Positions 38,118 through 47,964 of a DNA stretch of 64,000 bases are shown piece by piece. The DNA lies in NCBI GenBank assembly GCA_027491915.1, contig JAOZGC010000004.1:64001-128000 (forward strand), written 5' to 3'. The notes under the pieces were generated by a model that was not told the DNA's origin, did not search any database, and saw nothing but the letters and a program-made list of their open reading frames with translations. Origin of the DNA: Thermoproteota archaeon. GTDB taxonomy: Archaea > Korarchaeota > Korarchaeia > Korarchaeales > Korarchaeaceae. A program made the translations under genes and the position numbers. How positions within the stretch are numbered: position 1 is the first letter of the stretch; each line of letters opens with the position of its first letter.

Positions 38118-38222
38118 GCGACCATCTCCGCCAGGAGACCTGGTCTCCCTCAAAAAGTCTCGGCCCGCTGGCTCAAGTTTAATAATCCGCGCTCCCTCCT
38201 CCTCCCAAGGAGGAAGCCCGGA

Positions 38223-38927
38223 ATGACCGGATTTTGGGACAGGCTGGCCGCCACGATTGAGGCCAAACTGAACAAACTCCTGAACGTTTTTGAGGACCCA
38301 AGGGAGCAGCTGGATTACGCGTACGACAAGCTGATCCAGCAGCTCCACGACGTCGACATGGCCCTGGCCAGGGCGATAACCGCCCGGAAGAAGCTCGAGT
38401 TCACGAGAAACAGGATGAAGGAGAGGATGGACGATCTGGAGGATAAGGCGAAGAGGGCCCTGAGGATGGGGAGGGAGGACCTGGCCAAGAAGGCCCTGGA
38501 GAGGAGGGCGGTACTGGCCGCCCAGATGAAGGATCTGGACAGGAGGATAGAGGAGATGAAGGAGGACGAGGAACAGCTCAAGCAGGTCAGGGAGACTCTG
38601 AGGACCAAGATAGACATGTTCAGGGCCAAGAAGGAGCAGTTGAAGGCCGAGTACGAGGTGGCTAAGGCCAAGGTCGACGTTAAGGAGAGTTTGAGCGGCC
38701 TGGGAGGCGACATAGCCTCCGCCGGCAGGGCCATAGAGAGGGCCGAGGAGAGGGTCCAGGAGATGCAGGCCAGGTCGGCCGCGATAGACGAGCTGGTGGC
38801 GGCCGGCGGCGAGCTCGACATGTTGGAGGGCGAGGAGAAGGACGAGATAGAGAGGGAACTGTCAAAGGTGGAGATCGAGTCCGCCGTGTCCGAGGAGCTT
38901 GAGAGGCTGAAGGCCGAGCTGTCCTAG
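38223..38927 (+). CDS. pspA: PspA/IM30 (ESCRT-III superfamily) protein
   Basis: Amphipathic N-terminus GFWDRL, EDPREQLD, A..AL..GREDLA..AL, ARSAA.DEL, ELERLKAEL. Confidence 0.92.
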   Translation: MTGFWDRLAATIEAKLNKLLNVFEDPREQLDYAYDKLIQQLHDVDMALARAITARKKLEFTRNRMKERMDDLEDKAKRALRMGREDLAKKALERRAVLAAQMKDLDRRIEEMKEDEEQLKQVRETLRTKIDMFRAKKEQLKAEYEVAKAKVDVKESLSGLGGDIASAGRAIERAEERVQEMQARSAAIDELVAAGGELDMLEGEEKDEIERELSKVEIESAVSEELERLKAELS

Positions 38928-38978
38928 GCCGGAGGGTCGGATCGGCTGGACCTTCTGAGGGACCGGGAGGGTGGGGAC

Positions 38979-39398
38979 TTGGGATCCCCCCTCAAGATCC
39001 TACTGCTGTCGCTGGCCGCCATCCTGACGGCCCTGGGGTTCATATTCCTCATAGCGGCAGTCCTCAACCCAATCAGGGTGCTCACCGCCCTGGGGCTGTT
39101 CTCGCTGGCCGGGATCATGGTCTACTTCGTCGGGAGGCAGGGGGCCCTCGAGCGGGCCGAGGCCCGGATGGAGGCGGAGGTGCTCCGCCTGGCCCGGGCG
39201 AGGGGAGGGAAGCTCACGGCGGAGGACGTCTCAATAAACCTCAGGCTTCCCCTGGACAAGGCGAGGGCCATACTTATCGGGCTGGAGAGGAAGGGCAGCG
39301 CCTTGATGGACTTCGAGGAGGTGGAGGAGAGGGGGGTTGAGGTCTTCAGGTTCCCCCAGTTCGAGTCACCTGACCGGAGATCCCGGGGGGACGTCTGA
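38979..39398 (+). CDS. Two-TM membrane protein with C-terminal winged-helix-like domain
   Basis: Two hydrophobic helices, then EVLRLA..RGGKLT..DV...L.L....A..IL..L...G....EERGVEVFRFP. Confidence 0.75.
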   Translation: MGSPLKILLLSLAAILTALGFIFLIAAVLNPIRVLTALGLFSLAGIMVYFVGRQGALERAEARMEAEVLRLARARGGKLTAEDVSINLRLPLDKARAILIGLERKGSALMDFEEVEERGVEVFRFPQFESPDRRSRGDV

Positions 39399-39698
39399 GT
39401 CCGGCCGGAGCAGCACCGGCCTGCCGTCGACGTCTGCCGCCAGGAGCATCCCCTGGGACCAAAGCCCCCTTATCTTCTTGGGTCTGAGGTTGGCCACCAC
39501 CACTATCTCCGTGCCGATCAACTCGGATGGGTCGTAGTACTGGGCTATTCCGGCTATAAGCTGTCTCCTTTCTCCTCCCAGGTCAACCTCCAGCCTGAGG
39601 AGCTTGTCGGTCCCGGGGACTGGTTCAGCCTTCTCTATCCTGCCGATCCTGAGGTCAATCTTCGAGAACTCGGAGATCTCGACGAACCCTCCTCCCAT
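39366..39698 (-). CDS. Stand-alone tRNA-binding OB protein (MetRS C-terminal/CsaA/Trbp111 family)
   Basis: F.KIDLRIG, DKLL.L.VDLG, AGIAQYY, VANL.P.KI.G..SQGMLLAA. Confidence 0.9.
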   Translation of the reverse strand: MGGGFVEISEFSKIDLRIGRIEKAEPVPGTDKLLRLEVDLGGERRQLIAGIAQYYDPSELIGTEIVVVANLRPKKIRGLWSQGMLLAADVDGRPVLLRPDSDVPPGSPVR

Positions 39699-39823
39699 GG
39701 GGATCCCCTTCCCCTGCCCCATCCTTTATATAACCTCGGCGCCGATAATTCGTGTTAAGGTTCATCGGTCGGAGATTGCCGTTCCGGCGGATTCGCGGTA
39801 ATCTGCGTTAGGAGGTAGGTGCT

Positions 39824-41095
39824 ATGGGACGAATGACCGTCCAAGTCGTCAGTGGATATGACGAAGTCGGAAAGTCGGCCGTGTTGGTGGAGGCCGGTGG
39901 TAAGAGGATCCTGCTGGACTACGGAATGAAGCTCGTGCCGAAGCAGGAGCCCGTCTTCCCTCCCCCCGTGGAGGACGTCGACGCCGTGCTGCTGACCCAC
40001 GCCCACCTGGATCACTCCGGGGCCATCCCCACCCTGTTCAAGAATGGGAGAGGGCCCGCAATATACGGGATAGACGTGACCAGGGAGTACTCGGACATAC
40101 TGCTCTCGGACGCCATAAAGGTGGCCAGGATAAGGGGCCACAGCATCCCCTTCGGCATGAGGGAGGTCAGGACGACGCTGTCGAGGTTCAGGTACGTGGA
40201 GTACGGGGTGCCCTTCAGGATAGGCGAGGTCGAGGTGATACCCTTCAACGCCGGCCACATACCGGGGTCGGCCATGTACTACCTGTCCTACGACGGCAGG
40301 TCCATGCTCTACACGGGGGACTTCAACCTGACCGAGACGAGGCTCATGCCCAGGGCCGACCTGGACATTCCCAGGGTAGACCTCCTCGTCATGGAGTCCA
40401 CCTACGCCTACAGGGAGCACCCGGAGAGGAGCGGGCAGGAGCAGCTGCTGAGGAACCTGGTGGAGGACGCCCTGAAGAGGGGGGGGTCGGCGGTCGTTGC
40501 CGGGTTCGCCATAGGCAGGCTGGTAGAGGTGGCCATGGCCCTCAGGTCCAGGGGGTTCAGGGGGCCCCTCTTCTTGGACGGGATGGCCAAGAGGGGACTC
40601 GACATAACCGAGGCCTTCGCCGACAGGGTGAAGGATCCCGACTACCTGAGATACGTGTCACGCGGCATAAGGAGGGTAAACGGGTGGAACCTGAGGAAGA
40701 GGATAGCGTCCTCGAGGTCGGTCATCCTGACCACCTCCGGGATGCTGGAGGGGGGACCGGTTCACTTCTACATAAAGAGGCTCAAGGACGACCCCAACAG
40801 CTCGCTGACCCTCACCGGGTACCAGATTCAGGGTACGGAGGGTAGGAGACTCCTGGAGGAGGGGAAGATGACGTTGGACGACGAGGAGGTTAGGGTCGAG
40901 ATGAGGGTCACCCAGCTCAACTTCTCGGCCCACGCCAGCAGGAGGAATCTGCTGGAGCTGATCCGCGAGATATCACCCAAGACAGTCATACCCATGCACG
41001 GGGACGCCACAGACAGGTTCGCCGAGGAAATATCGGAGAGGTACGGGATCTCCGCCTTCTCCATAGGGGGCCTGGGGGAAGAGGTAACCATATGA
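39824..41095 (+). CDS. beta-CASP metallo-beta-lactamase ribonuclease (aCPSF2-like)
   Basis: HAHLDH, AGHIPGS, YTGDF, MESTY, FSAH, MHG; no KH domains. Confidence 0.9.
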   Translation: MGRMTVQVVSGYDEVGKSAVLVEAGGKRILLDYGMKLVPKQEPVFPPPVEDVDAVLLTHAHLDHSGAIPTLFKNGRGPAIYGIDVTREYSDILLSDAIKVARIRGHSIPFGMREVRTTLSRFRYVEYGVPFRIGEVEVIPFNAGHIPGSAMYYLSYDGRSMLYTGDFNLTETRLMPRADLDIPRVDLLVMESTYAYREHPERSGQEQLLRNLVEDALKRGGSAVVAGFAIGRLVEVAMALRSRGFRGPLFLDGMAKRGLDITEAFADRVKDPDYLRYVSRGIRRVNGWNLRKRIASSRSVILTTSGMLEGGPVHFYIKRLKDDPNSSLTLTGYQIQGTEGRRLLEEGKMTLDDEEVRVEMRVTQLNFSAHASRRNLLELIREISPKTVIPMHGDATDRFAEEISERYGISAFSIGGLGEEVTI

Positions 41096-41140
41096 TCCTC
41101 TGCCCGCCCTTATCCTCCTGCCCGCCCCGACGCCGAAGCG

Positions 41141-42253
41141 TCACCCCTCGACTTCTTCCTCGCTCCGAGAGACCCGCCTGAGCAGGTACTCCCACGGGTA
41201 GCTGGCGAGCTCGATCCTGTCATCCGTCGGGGACACCTCGACGAGGCGCGCGGTCGCCCCCATCCTGATCAGCCTATCGAGCACCGAGGGGTCCAACAGC
41301 TCCTCCGGCCTCACGGCCACCCCATCCCCAACCCTCGCCAGGTGCCGGACCCCGGCGCCCCTGAGCTCCGCCTCGACCCTATCTGGATCCCCGGAGAAAC
41401 TAACTATCCCATAAGCCAGGGTCCCATCATCGGTCGGCGTCTCGTGGTCGAGGGCCACCCTCTCCGCCCTCCTCCTCCACCTGGCCCACATCTGGTAATC
41501 CTTCTGCTCCGCCGGGCAGAAGTACCCCATTATGGAGGTCTCCGCCTCCACCCACCTGAGCACCTCCTCTGCCGCCTCCGCGCTTCCCGAGACGGCCACC
41601 TCACTGTCCGGCCTGGGCACGAGCCCCCAGGATCTCAGGACGTCCCTGTTCACCTCACTGAACTCCAACTCGTTCAGGTTGACGAAGTCCCCGCCAACCC
41701 TGTCCACGTACCCAGCCAGCTCCTTGAGCCTCCTGACCCACCCCCTGCCGGGTATGGCCGGCACCTCGGCCCCGGCCGACATGCCAAGATCCTTCGCCTC
41801 GGAGATGAAACTCCAGTCCTCCTCCCTCCAGGAGTGTATCCTTATCTCGTCCAGCCCAGCGTCCGCCCACCTGGAGAGGATTCGGGGGGTGAGACCCCTG
41901 GCGTTCGTGTAGAGGTGCACGTGGAATCCGGATCCGAACTCCTCCTTCAGAAGCCTCACCCACCTCTCCACCCTCTCAGGAACCTCGCTCGGCTCTCCCC
42001 CAGTTATCCCGGCCCCGCCGGCCCCTATGGCCTCGGCCTCGAATATCAGATCCTCCGGACCGCGTATCTCCACCTCGTCCGCGTAGGAGACGTCTCTCCC
42101 CCTCCTGTCGGCCGTTATGGTGCAGTAGGGGCACTCCCCGTACAGGGGGCACACGCCGGTGGAGAACACCACCATCTTGGCCCCCTCCCAGCAGAGCTCG
42201 CACCCCCTGCTCCACCCCCTTACCCGGAGTGCCCCGAACCTGAGCCTCTCCAA
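41141..42253 (-). CDS. Radical SAM protein (uncharacterised archaeal family)
   Basis: GCELC..GAKMV.F.TG.CPLYGECPYC, GITGGEP, H.HLYT, LDEIRIH, NLNELEFS. Confidence 0.85.
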   Translation of the reverse strand: MERLRFGALRVRGWSRGCELCWEGAKMVVFSTGVCPLYGECPYCTITADRRGRDVSYADEVEIRGPEDLIFEAEAIGAGGAGITGGEPSEVPERVERWVRLLKEEFGSGFHVHLYTNARGLTPRILSRWADAGLDEIRIHSWREEDWSFISEAKDLGMSAGAEVPAIPGRGWVRRLKELAGYVDRVGGDFVNLNELEFSEVNRDVLRSWGLVPRPDSEVAVSGSAEAAEEVLRWVEAETSIMGYFCPAEQKDYQMWARWRRRAERVALDHETPTDDGTLAYGIVSFSGDPDRVEAELRGAGVRHLARVGDGVAVRPEELLDPSVLDRLIRMGATARLVEVSPTDDRIELASYPWEYLLRRVSRSEEEVEG

Positions 42254-42260
42254 TTCAGCC

Positions 42261-43496
42261 CTACCTCCAGCTCCTGAGGTACGCCTCCTGCTCCGGGCTG
42301 AGCTTGTCTATGGAGATGCCCATGGACTCCAGCTTGAGGGAGGCTATCTCCCTGTCAACCTCCGGCGGGACCCCGATGACCCTGGGCTGGAGCCTCCCCC
42401 TCTCCGCGACCAGCCTCTCCACCGCCAGTGCCTGGTTGGCGAAGCTTATGTCCATTACCTCGCTCGGGTGCCCCTCGGCCGCCACCAGGTTCACCAGCCT
42501 CCCCTCGGCCAGCAGGTAGATCCTCCTCCCGTCCGGCATCACGTACTCCTCCAAGTTCGGCCTCACCCTCCTCACCTCCCTCGCCGCCTCCCTGATCTCC
42601 CCCACCGATATCTCCACATCGAAGTGTCCGGCGTTGGCCAGCACCGCCCCGTCCCTCATGACCGCGAAGTGCTCCCCCCTCAGGACGTCCACGTTCCCGG
42701 TGGCCGTCACGAAGACGTCCCCCACCCTGGCCGCCTCGGACATGGGCATGACGTCGTAGCCGTCCATGACCGCCCTGAGGGCCTGCACGGGATCCACCTC
42801 GGTAACTATCACCCTGGCCCCCATCCCCCTGGCCCTGGCGGCTATGCCCCTTCCCACGTGTCCGTACCCGGCCACCACCACCCTCTTGCCGGCCAGCAGG
42901 ATGTTGGTGGCCCTGATTATCCCGTCGAGCGCGCTCTGGCCCGTGCCGTAGACGTTGTCGAAGTCCCACTTCGTCGCCGCGTTGTTCACCGCCACGACGG
43001 GATAGGCCAGCCGCCCCTCCCTCTCCAGGGCCCTTATCCTGATCACCCCGGTTGTGGTCTCCTCCGTCCCACCCCAAACCCCTTCCGCGGCCCCCGCCTC
43101 GTGTATGGCCACCGTGAGGTCCCCCCCGTCGTCCATGGTAACGTTCGGACCTGATCTTATCACCATGTCTATGGCCCACCTGTACTCCTCCTCGGTCTGA
43201 CCCCTCCAGGCGTAGACGTCCGTCCCCCCCTCCGACAGGGCGGCCGCCACGTCGTCTTGGGTCGACAGCGGGTTGGAGGCCGCCAGGCAGACCTCCGCGC
43301 CGCCGGCCTCCAGGGTCCTCACCAGGGCCGCCGTCTCCTTGGTGACGTGGAGGCACGCCCCTATCTTGACCCCCTCGAGCGGGGTCTCCCTGGCGAACCT
43401 GGACCTTATCCTGAGCAGGACCGGCATGTGCCGCTCCGCCCACTCTATCTGCCGCCTTCCCCTCTCTGAGAGGGAAGGGTCCCTTATCCTGCCCAA
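42261..43496 (-). CDS. ahcY: Adenosylhomocysteinase
   Basis: [53 protein letters not shown]; TTG start after GGTGA. Confidence 0.97.
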   Translation of the reverse strand: MGRIRDPSLSERGRRQIEWAERHMPVLLRIRSRFARETPLEGVKIGACLHVTKETAALVRTLEAGGAEVCLAASNPLSTQDDVAAALSEGGTDVYAWRGQTEEEYRWAIDMVIRSGPNVTMDDGGDLTVAIHEAGAAEGVWGGTEETTTGVIRIRALEREGRLAYPVVAVNNAATKWDFDNVYGTGQSALDGIIRATNILLAGKRVVVAGYGHVGRGIAARARGMGARVIVTEVDPVQALRAVMDGYDVMPMSEAARVGDVFVTATGNVDVLRGEHFAVMRDGAVLANAGHFDVEISVGEIREAAREVRRVRPNLEEYVMPDGRRIYLLAEGRLVNLVAAEGHPSEVMDISFANQALAVERLVAERGRLQPRVIGVPPEVDREIASLKLESMGISIDKLSPEQEAYLRSWR

Positions 43497-43537
43497 GGGC
43501 TCACCACCAGGTGGATCCGGCGGTCTCAATTAATGAA

Positions 43538-43777
43538 CTAGACCTTGGTCACGTCCACCTCCCAGTGTCCCCCGGCCTCCCTTGGCTCCCCCACCCTGTT
43601 CCCCGTCCTCCTGGACCACCTCCTCAGGTCCTCCAAGGTCGCCACGTCGGTGATCAGCGCGACTATGGTCTCCCCGGGCCTCATCCTCTTGACGACCCTG
43701 GCTATCTCGACGATGGTCAGGGGGGAGACCTTACCCCTCAGGTCGATCCTCCTGACCTTCTGCCGCGGGGAGGGCAT
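43538..43777 (-). CDS. TusA/SirA-like protein lacking the CPxP cysteine
   Basis: IDLRGKVSPL...MRPGE....TD.....D...W....GN fold pattern. Confidence 0.8.
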   Translation of the reverse strand: MPSPRQKVRRIDLRGKVSPLTIVEIARVVKRMRPGETIVALITDVATLEDLRRWSRRTGNRVGEPREAGGHWEVDVTKV

Positions 43778-43780
43778 CCC

Positions 43781-44338
43781 TCAACCCGGATGACTATGTA
43801 AAATACCCTTTCGCACCCTGCCCGCGAACGCCTCCTCGACGGCCCCCCTGCTCACCCCCTCGGACAGGAGTTTGTACATGAGGTACGCGTCCTCCCCGTC
43901 GGAGTAGTAACCGGGTATGGTCCCGAGCACCTCGTACCCCATCTTCCTGTACATTTTTATGGCCGGCGCGTTGGAGATCCTGACCTCCAAGAACATGAGG
44001 TCTATCCCGCCGGATCTGAGCAGCCCCTCCTCCGCCCTTTTCATCAGGCTCGTTCCAATTCCTCTTCTCCTGTAGCCCCTGTGGACGGCGATCGACAGGA
44101 CGTGCCCCGCCATGAGGGTCTCCCTCCTCGTGTACTTCGGCTCCACCCGGCACATTATGTATCCCACGACCCTGCCGTCGATCTCGGCCACCCAGAACCC
44201 GTCTGGCCATCTCCTGAAGTTCTCCAGGAAGAAGGATCTGTGGTAGTTCTCCGGGAGGAAAATCCTGTTCAGGCTCACCACCTGATCTAGGTCGAACCTC
44301 GGATCGAACCTCCTGATCGTCCACTCCTTCCCGTTCAA
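43781..44338 (-). CDS. N-terminal acetyltransferase Ard1/RimI family
   Basis: LPENY, VVGYIMCRVE, GHVLSIAV..YRRRGIG, LEVRISN..AI.MY, YYSDGEDAYLM. Confidence 0.92.
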   Translation of the reverse strand: MNGKEWTIRRFDPRFDLDQVVSLNRIFLPENYHRSFFLENFRRWPDGFWVAEIDGRVVGYIMCRVEPKYTRRETLMAGHVLSIAVHRGYRRRGIGTSLMKRAEEGLLRSGGIDLMFLEVRISNAPAIKMYRKMGYEVLGTIPGYYSDGEDAYLMYKLLSEGVSRGAVEEAFAGRVRKGILHSHPG

Positions 44339-44400
44339 GACGCCTCCCAAGGCCGGGTCGGGCAGCCTTTTAACGCTGATCTTGGGCCGGGTCGGGGACG

Positions 44401-45501
44401 GTGAGATGGGGGTTGATCCTGATGGGAGTCGGCCGCCGCCTCACCGCCCCTCCCACTCGACCTGGATCTGGCAGGATGATCGTCGGGGCATATCCCAAGA
44501 CCTATGAGAGCGGGGCGGTCGGGGAAGATGATCCCACCTGGCCGGCCGGGCCCCCATCAAAGAGGAGTTCCCCCCGATCGCCTCACCTCACAGGAAACCG
44601 GAGGTTCTCGCGGCGACTCGGGTTCGCAGCGGGGGAGATCCGGCCGACCCTGAGGGTATTAGCCCTCGCCGTTACCGCGGCTACCGTCGCGTTCAGCGGC
44701 CACCTGTTGTCCTCTAGATTGGGCGAGATCCTTTCCCAAATTCCCCATCAATATTCCGGGCGTCCAGAGCTCTCCACCGGTTTCGTCGGCGCCGCGCTGT
44801 TCGTCGCTTCGGTGTTCTCGGTGCTCGGGCTGCACGAGATCGGTCACGTTCTCGCGGGCAGGTTCTGGGGGGGAGGGTGGGAGTTTCCGGTGTTCATACC
44901 GGCACCCCCGCCGCTGGGCACGTTCGGCGCGGTCATAACGGCCCACCGACCCCTCGTCAGCAGGGACGCGGCGTACGATCTTGGGATCTCCGGCCCACTC
45001 CTGGGATTCGCCTCGTCGGTTCTGGTCTCCACCCTGGGTCTGGCCTCCTCTATCTACCTTCCGCCGGAATCAGCCCCGAGCGAGGTCGGGTGGTCTCCCC
45101 TATCGGCGGAAGGCCTCCCTCAACCCCTGATCTTTCGGATGATCGCGGGGCTCTTCTCCCCTGCCGGGAATTGGAGGCTCATAATGTCTCCCGTCGCGTT
45201 CGCCGGGTGGGCGGGCCTGGTCCTCACATTCCTGAATCTCCTGCCCGCCGGTCAGCTCGACGGGGGTCACGTCGTCTACGCCCTGTTGGGCGGCGGGACG
45301 CGGGCGAGGATCCTCCTGCTCTTCCTGATCGCTGCGGCCGCCGTCTACAGTCCGACCATGGCGATCCTGGCCATACTGATGTCGTTGGGAGGCCACCCCC
45401 CGGTGGTGGACCGAGACTCCCCCCTCTCAGGGTGGAGGCGGGCGCTCGGTCCTCCCATCTACGCCGGCCTCCTGGTGGCCACGGCCCCCCTGCCCCCCTG
45501 A
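44401..45501 (+). CDS. Site-2 protease (peptidase M50) membrane metalloprotease; start uncertain
   Basis: LGLHEIGH, P.FIP..GTFGAVI, G..GPL.GF, NLLPAGQLDGGH. Confidence 0.88.
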   Translation: MRWGLILMGVGRRLTAPPTRPGSGRMIVGAYPKTYESGAVGEDDPTWPAGPPSKRSSPRSPHLTGNRRFSRRLGFAAGEIRPTLRVLALAVTAATVAFSGHLLSSRLGEILSQIPHQYSGRPELSTGFVGAALFVASVFSVLGLHEIGHVLAGRFWGGGWEFPVFIPAPPPLGTFGAVITAHRPLVSRDAAYDLGISGPLLGFASSVLVSTLGLASSIYLPPESAPSEVGWSPLSAEGLPQPLIFRMIAGLFSPAGNWRLIMSPVAFAGWAGLVLTFLNLLPAGQLDGGHVVYALLGGGTRARILLLFLIAAAAVYSPTMAILAILMSLGGHPPVVDRDSPLSGWRRALGPPIYAGLLVATAPLPP

Positions 45502-45620
45502 TCGGCCAGACCCGTCCCGATCGCGCGGCGGGTGCCCCCCGCCCCCTCAGCTCAACCCAACCAGATCCGCCTTCTCACGTTAATAATATCCCGGCCGCCC
45601 GGATCCCGGGGACCGATGGG

Positions 45621-46556
45621 TTGGTGGTATCCGGCGCCGACGACCCGGACACCGAGGGTGCCCCCGAGCTCATCGAGAGGAGGGACGCGCTCCAATCCCA
45701 GCTGGCCGACCTGAAGGAGGAACTCGAGAGGACCAGGGAGTCGCTGGCCAATACCAACGCGGAGTTGGAGAGGGGTTTGGAGGCCCTGAACAGGTTGAGA
45801 GATCTGAAATCCGAGTTAGAGGCATCTGTCGAGCGCCTCAGCGCCGAGAGGGATGCCCTGAGATCGGAGATATCCGAGATAGAGGGAGACCTGGAGGCCT
45901 TGAGGGAGGGGAGGGAGAGGCTGAGGGCGGAGGTCGCCAGGCTCTCGGAGCGCAAGAGCGCGCTGATGTCCGAGGTGGGGAGATTGGAGTCCGCCATAAG
46001 GGAATTGGAGGAGAGGAGATCCAGCCTTCAGTCCAGGGTTTCGTCGCTCGAGAGGGAGGTGAAGTCTCTCTCGGACGAGAGATCCAGGCTGGCATCGGAC
46101 ATAGAGCTGCTGACCGGGAGGCAGCTGGAGCTTTCCTCTTCGCTGGAATCGCTGACGAGATCCCTCCAATCCCTCGTGGACGGGGCCGCCAAGAATATGG
46201 TCGCGGTGATTGAGGACGTCAAGAGGAACTCGAACCTCCTGATCGATATATCCTCCAAGGTTGCCGAGATCTCTGACTCCCTCAAATCCGTCGTCGCCGA
46301 GATAGACAGGCTCTCCTCCATGGAGAGGAGGGCGGCCGCGCTGGAGTCGGAGATAGCGACCAGGTCGGCCGAGGTACTCAGGCTCAGATCCGAGCAAGTC
46401 TCGCTGAGCTCGAGGGTGGAGGCCCTGAGATCGGAGCTCAAGAGGCTGGAAGCCGAGCTGGAGGGGAAGCTGAGCCTCTTGGAGGAGAGGGTATCCCCCG
46501 AAACCTTTAAGGGATCGAATTCTCGACCTCCCGGTTCGGAGGGAGATGAGCCGTGA
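45621..46556 (+). CDS. Long coiled-coil protein
   Basis: Near-continuous heptads; TTG start ~35 nt after TTAATAATA; GTGA overlap with rps25e. Confidence 0.75.
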   Translation: MVVSGADDPDTEGAPELIERRDALQSQLADLKEELERTRESLANTNAELERGLEALNRLRDLKSELEASVERLSAERDALRSEISEIEGDLEALREGRERLRAEVARLSERKSALMSEVGRLESAIRELEERRSSLQSRVSSLEREVKSLSDERSRLASDIELLTGRQLELSSSLESLTRSLQSLVDGAAKNMVAVIEDVKRNSNLLIDISSKVAEISDSLKSVVAEIDRLSSMERRAAALESEIATRSAEVLRLRSEQVSLSSRVEALRSELKRLEAELEGKLSLLEERVSPETFKGSNSRPPGSEGDEP

Positions 46557-46837
46557 GCTCCGAGGTTAAGGAGGAGAAGGTGACGAGGGAGCTGATCCCG
46601 CCGCCGGACGTCGAGGCGGAGATGAGGAGGTACGTAGAGAGGGCCCGGGTGGTAACTCCCCAGTCGCTGGCCATCAAATTCGGGATAAGGGTGAGCACGG
46701 CCAGGAAGATGCTCAGGAGGTACGCCGAGGAGGGCCTCGTTTTTTACGTCGACGGCAACTCCCGCCTCCGGATATACTCCGGGGCCAAGGCCGGTCGGAC
46801 CCCGGAGAGGAGGGGCGGATCTGACGATAACGCTTAA
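46553..46837 (+). CDS. rps25e: 30S ribosomal protein S25e
   Basis: VVTP..LA.KFGIRVS.AR..LR....EG......NSRLRIY. Confidence 0.88.
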   Translation: MSSEVKEEKVTRELIPPPDVEAEMRRYVERARVVTPQSLAIKFGIRVSTARKMLRRYAEEGLVFYVDGNSRLRIYSGAKAGRTPERRGGSDDNA

Positions 46838-46898
46838 TTAAGAAGGGGCCGCCCTTCCCTCGGAGTTTTTCTCTCTCGCGAGTTGAGGAGGGTTCCGA

Positions 46899-47282
46899 TT
46901 GGAGAGATCCCCAGACGGGAGAAGCTCATACCTGATGAGGCTGAAGGCTTCGGGGGTGGAGCTGAAGGTGAGGCTCTCCCGCCACCGCTCCCCGATAACG
47001 GTGGAGCGGCTGTACAGGATTCTGCCGACCTCCGGACTGGCCGTCGTCAGAGAATCCTGCGTCTACGTGTTCTTGAATCTCAAGTCCAAGCTGGAGAAGC
47101 CGGTGAGGAGGTTGTCCCGGGGCGAGGTGGCCTTCGCCCCATCCGAGTCGGCGCTGGTCCTGGCGCTGGAGGACACGGCGCTGAACACCCCCGCCAGTCC
47201 CATAGGTACGGTGGACGGGAATCCGGCCGACCTCTCCAGGCTCAGGACCGGGGAGACCATCGAGCTGTCGAGGTGCTCTTGA
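46899..47282 (+). CDS. Cyclophilin-like fold protein
   Basis: L....SP.TV..L...LP, EK......GEVAF.P, P..PIG.V. Confidence 0.7.
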   Translation: MERSPDGRSSYLMRLKASGVELKVRLSRHRSPITVERLYRILPTSGLAVVRESCVYVFLNLKSKLEKPVRRLSRGEVAFAPSESALVLALEDTALNTPASPIGTVDGNPADLSRLRTGETIELSRCS

Positions 47283-47283
47283 C

Positions 47284-47964
47284 TTGAGCGGGGATCGGCG
47301 CGTGCTCTCCTTCATATTCTTCGGCCGCGCGGCGATTCTGCTCTCCTCCGGCGGGAGATCCGTTCTGATAGATCCGGGGGTCAACTTGGGACTCAGGTTG
47401 GAGCGTCTCCTAGGCGAATCGAACGACCTCTCGTGCGTGATCGTCAGCCACGAGCACCCGGATCACTTCGATCGGGATCTCGTCGGGAGGCTCGCCTCGA
47501 GGGGAATCCCAGTCCTCGGGAGCAGGTACCTGCTGTCCGGGCTGTCAGGGGCGGCCGGACCAGACGCGGACCTCAGGATCATGAGGCACGGCGAATCGGT
47601 GGAGGTCGGGGGGGTTGAGGTGAGGCCCTTCAGGGCGAAGCACACCGGCCTGGGACCCTTCGTAGTGTTCGTCGAGCTCGGGGGCATCTCCGCCTTCCAC
47701 GGCTCCGACTCCGGATTTACTCCCTCCATAAGGTCTTCGGCCGGGGTGGATGTGGCCTTCCTGCCGGCCGGCGGCGGATCTCCCACGGCGTCCGTATCGG
47801 AGTCCCTGCGGATCGCCAGGCTCCTCAACCCGAGGTGGATCGTCCCCATCCACGGCACCCGCAGGGAGCTGTCCTCCCTGGCTAAGAAGGCGTCCAGGGT
47901 CCTGGGGGTTGGGACGGTCGTCCCAGAGAGGGGCGAGACCGTCGAACTGCCCCTGGGAGATTAG
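47284..47964 (+). CDS. MBL-fold metallo-hydrolase
   Basis: LIDPG, SHEHPDH, FHGSDS, AFLP.GG, VPIH. Confidence 0.85.
   Translation: MSGDRRVLSFIFFGRAAILLSSGGRSVLIDPGVNLGLRLERLLGESNDLSCVIVSHEHPDHFDRDLVGRLASRGIPVLGSRYLLSGLSGAAGPDADLRIMRHGESVEVGGVEVRPFRAKHTGLGPFVVFVELGGISAFHGSDSGFTPSIRSSAGVDVAFLPAGGGSPTASVSESLRIARLLNPRWIVPIHGTRRELSSLAKKASRVLGVGTVVPERGETVELPLGD

Noticed and set aside
43715-43735. Selenocysteine recoding in the TusA-like gene
   Set aside because: The codon at the Cys position is TCC (Ser), not TGA.
44877-45620. Upstream part of the 559-aa ORF (apparent S2P-overlapping fusion with the coiled coil)
   Set aside because: It is an out-of-frame overlap with the site-2 protease, and a promoter-like TTAATAATA precedes TTG 45621.
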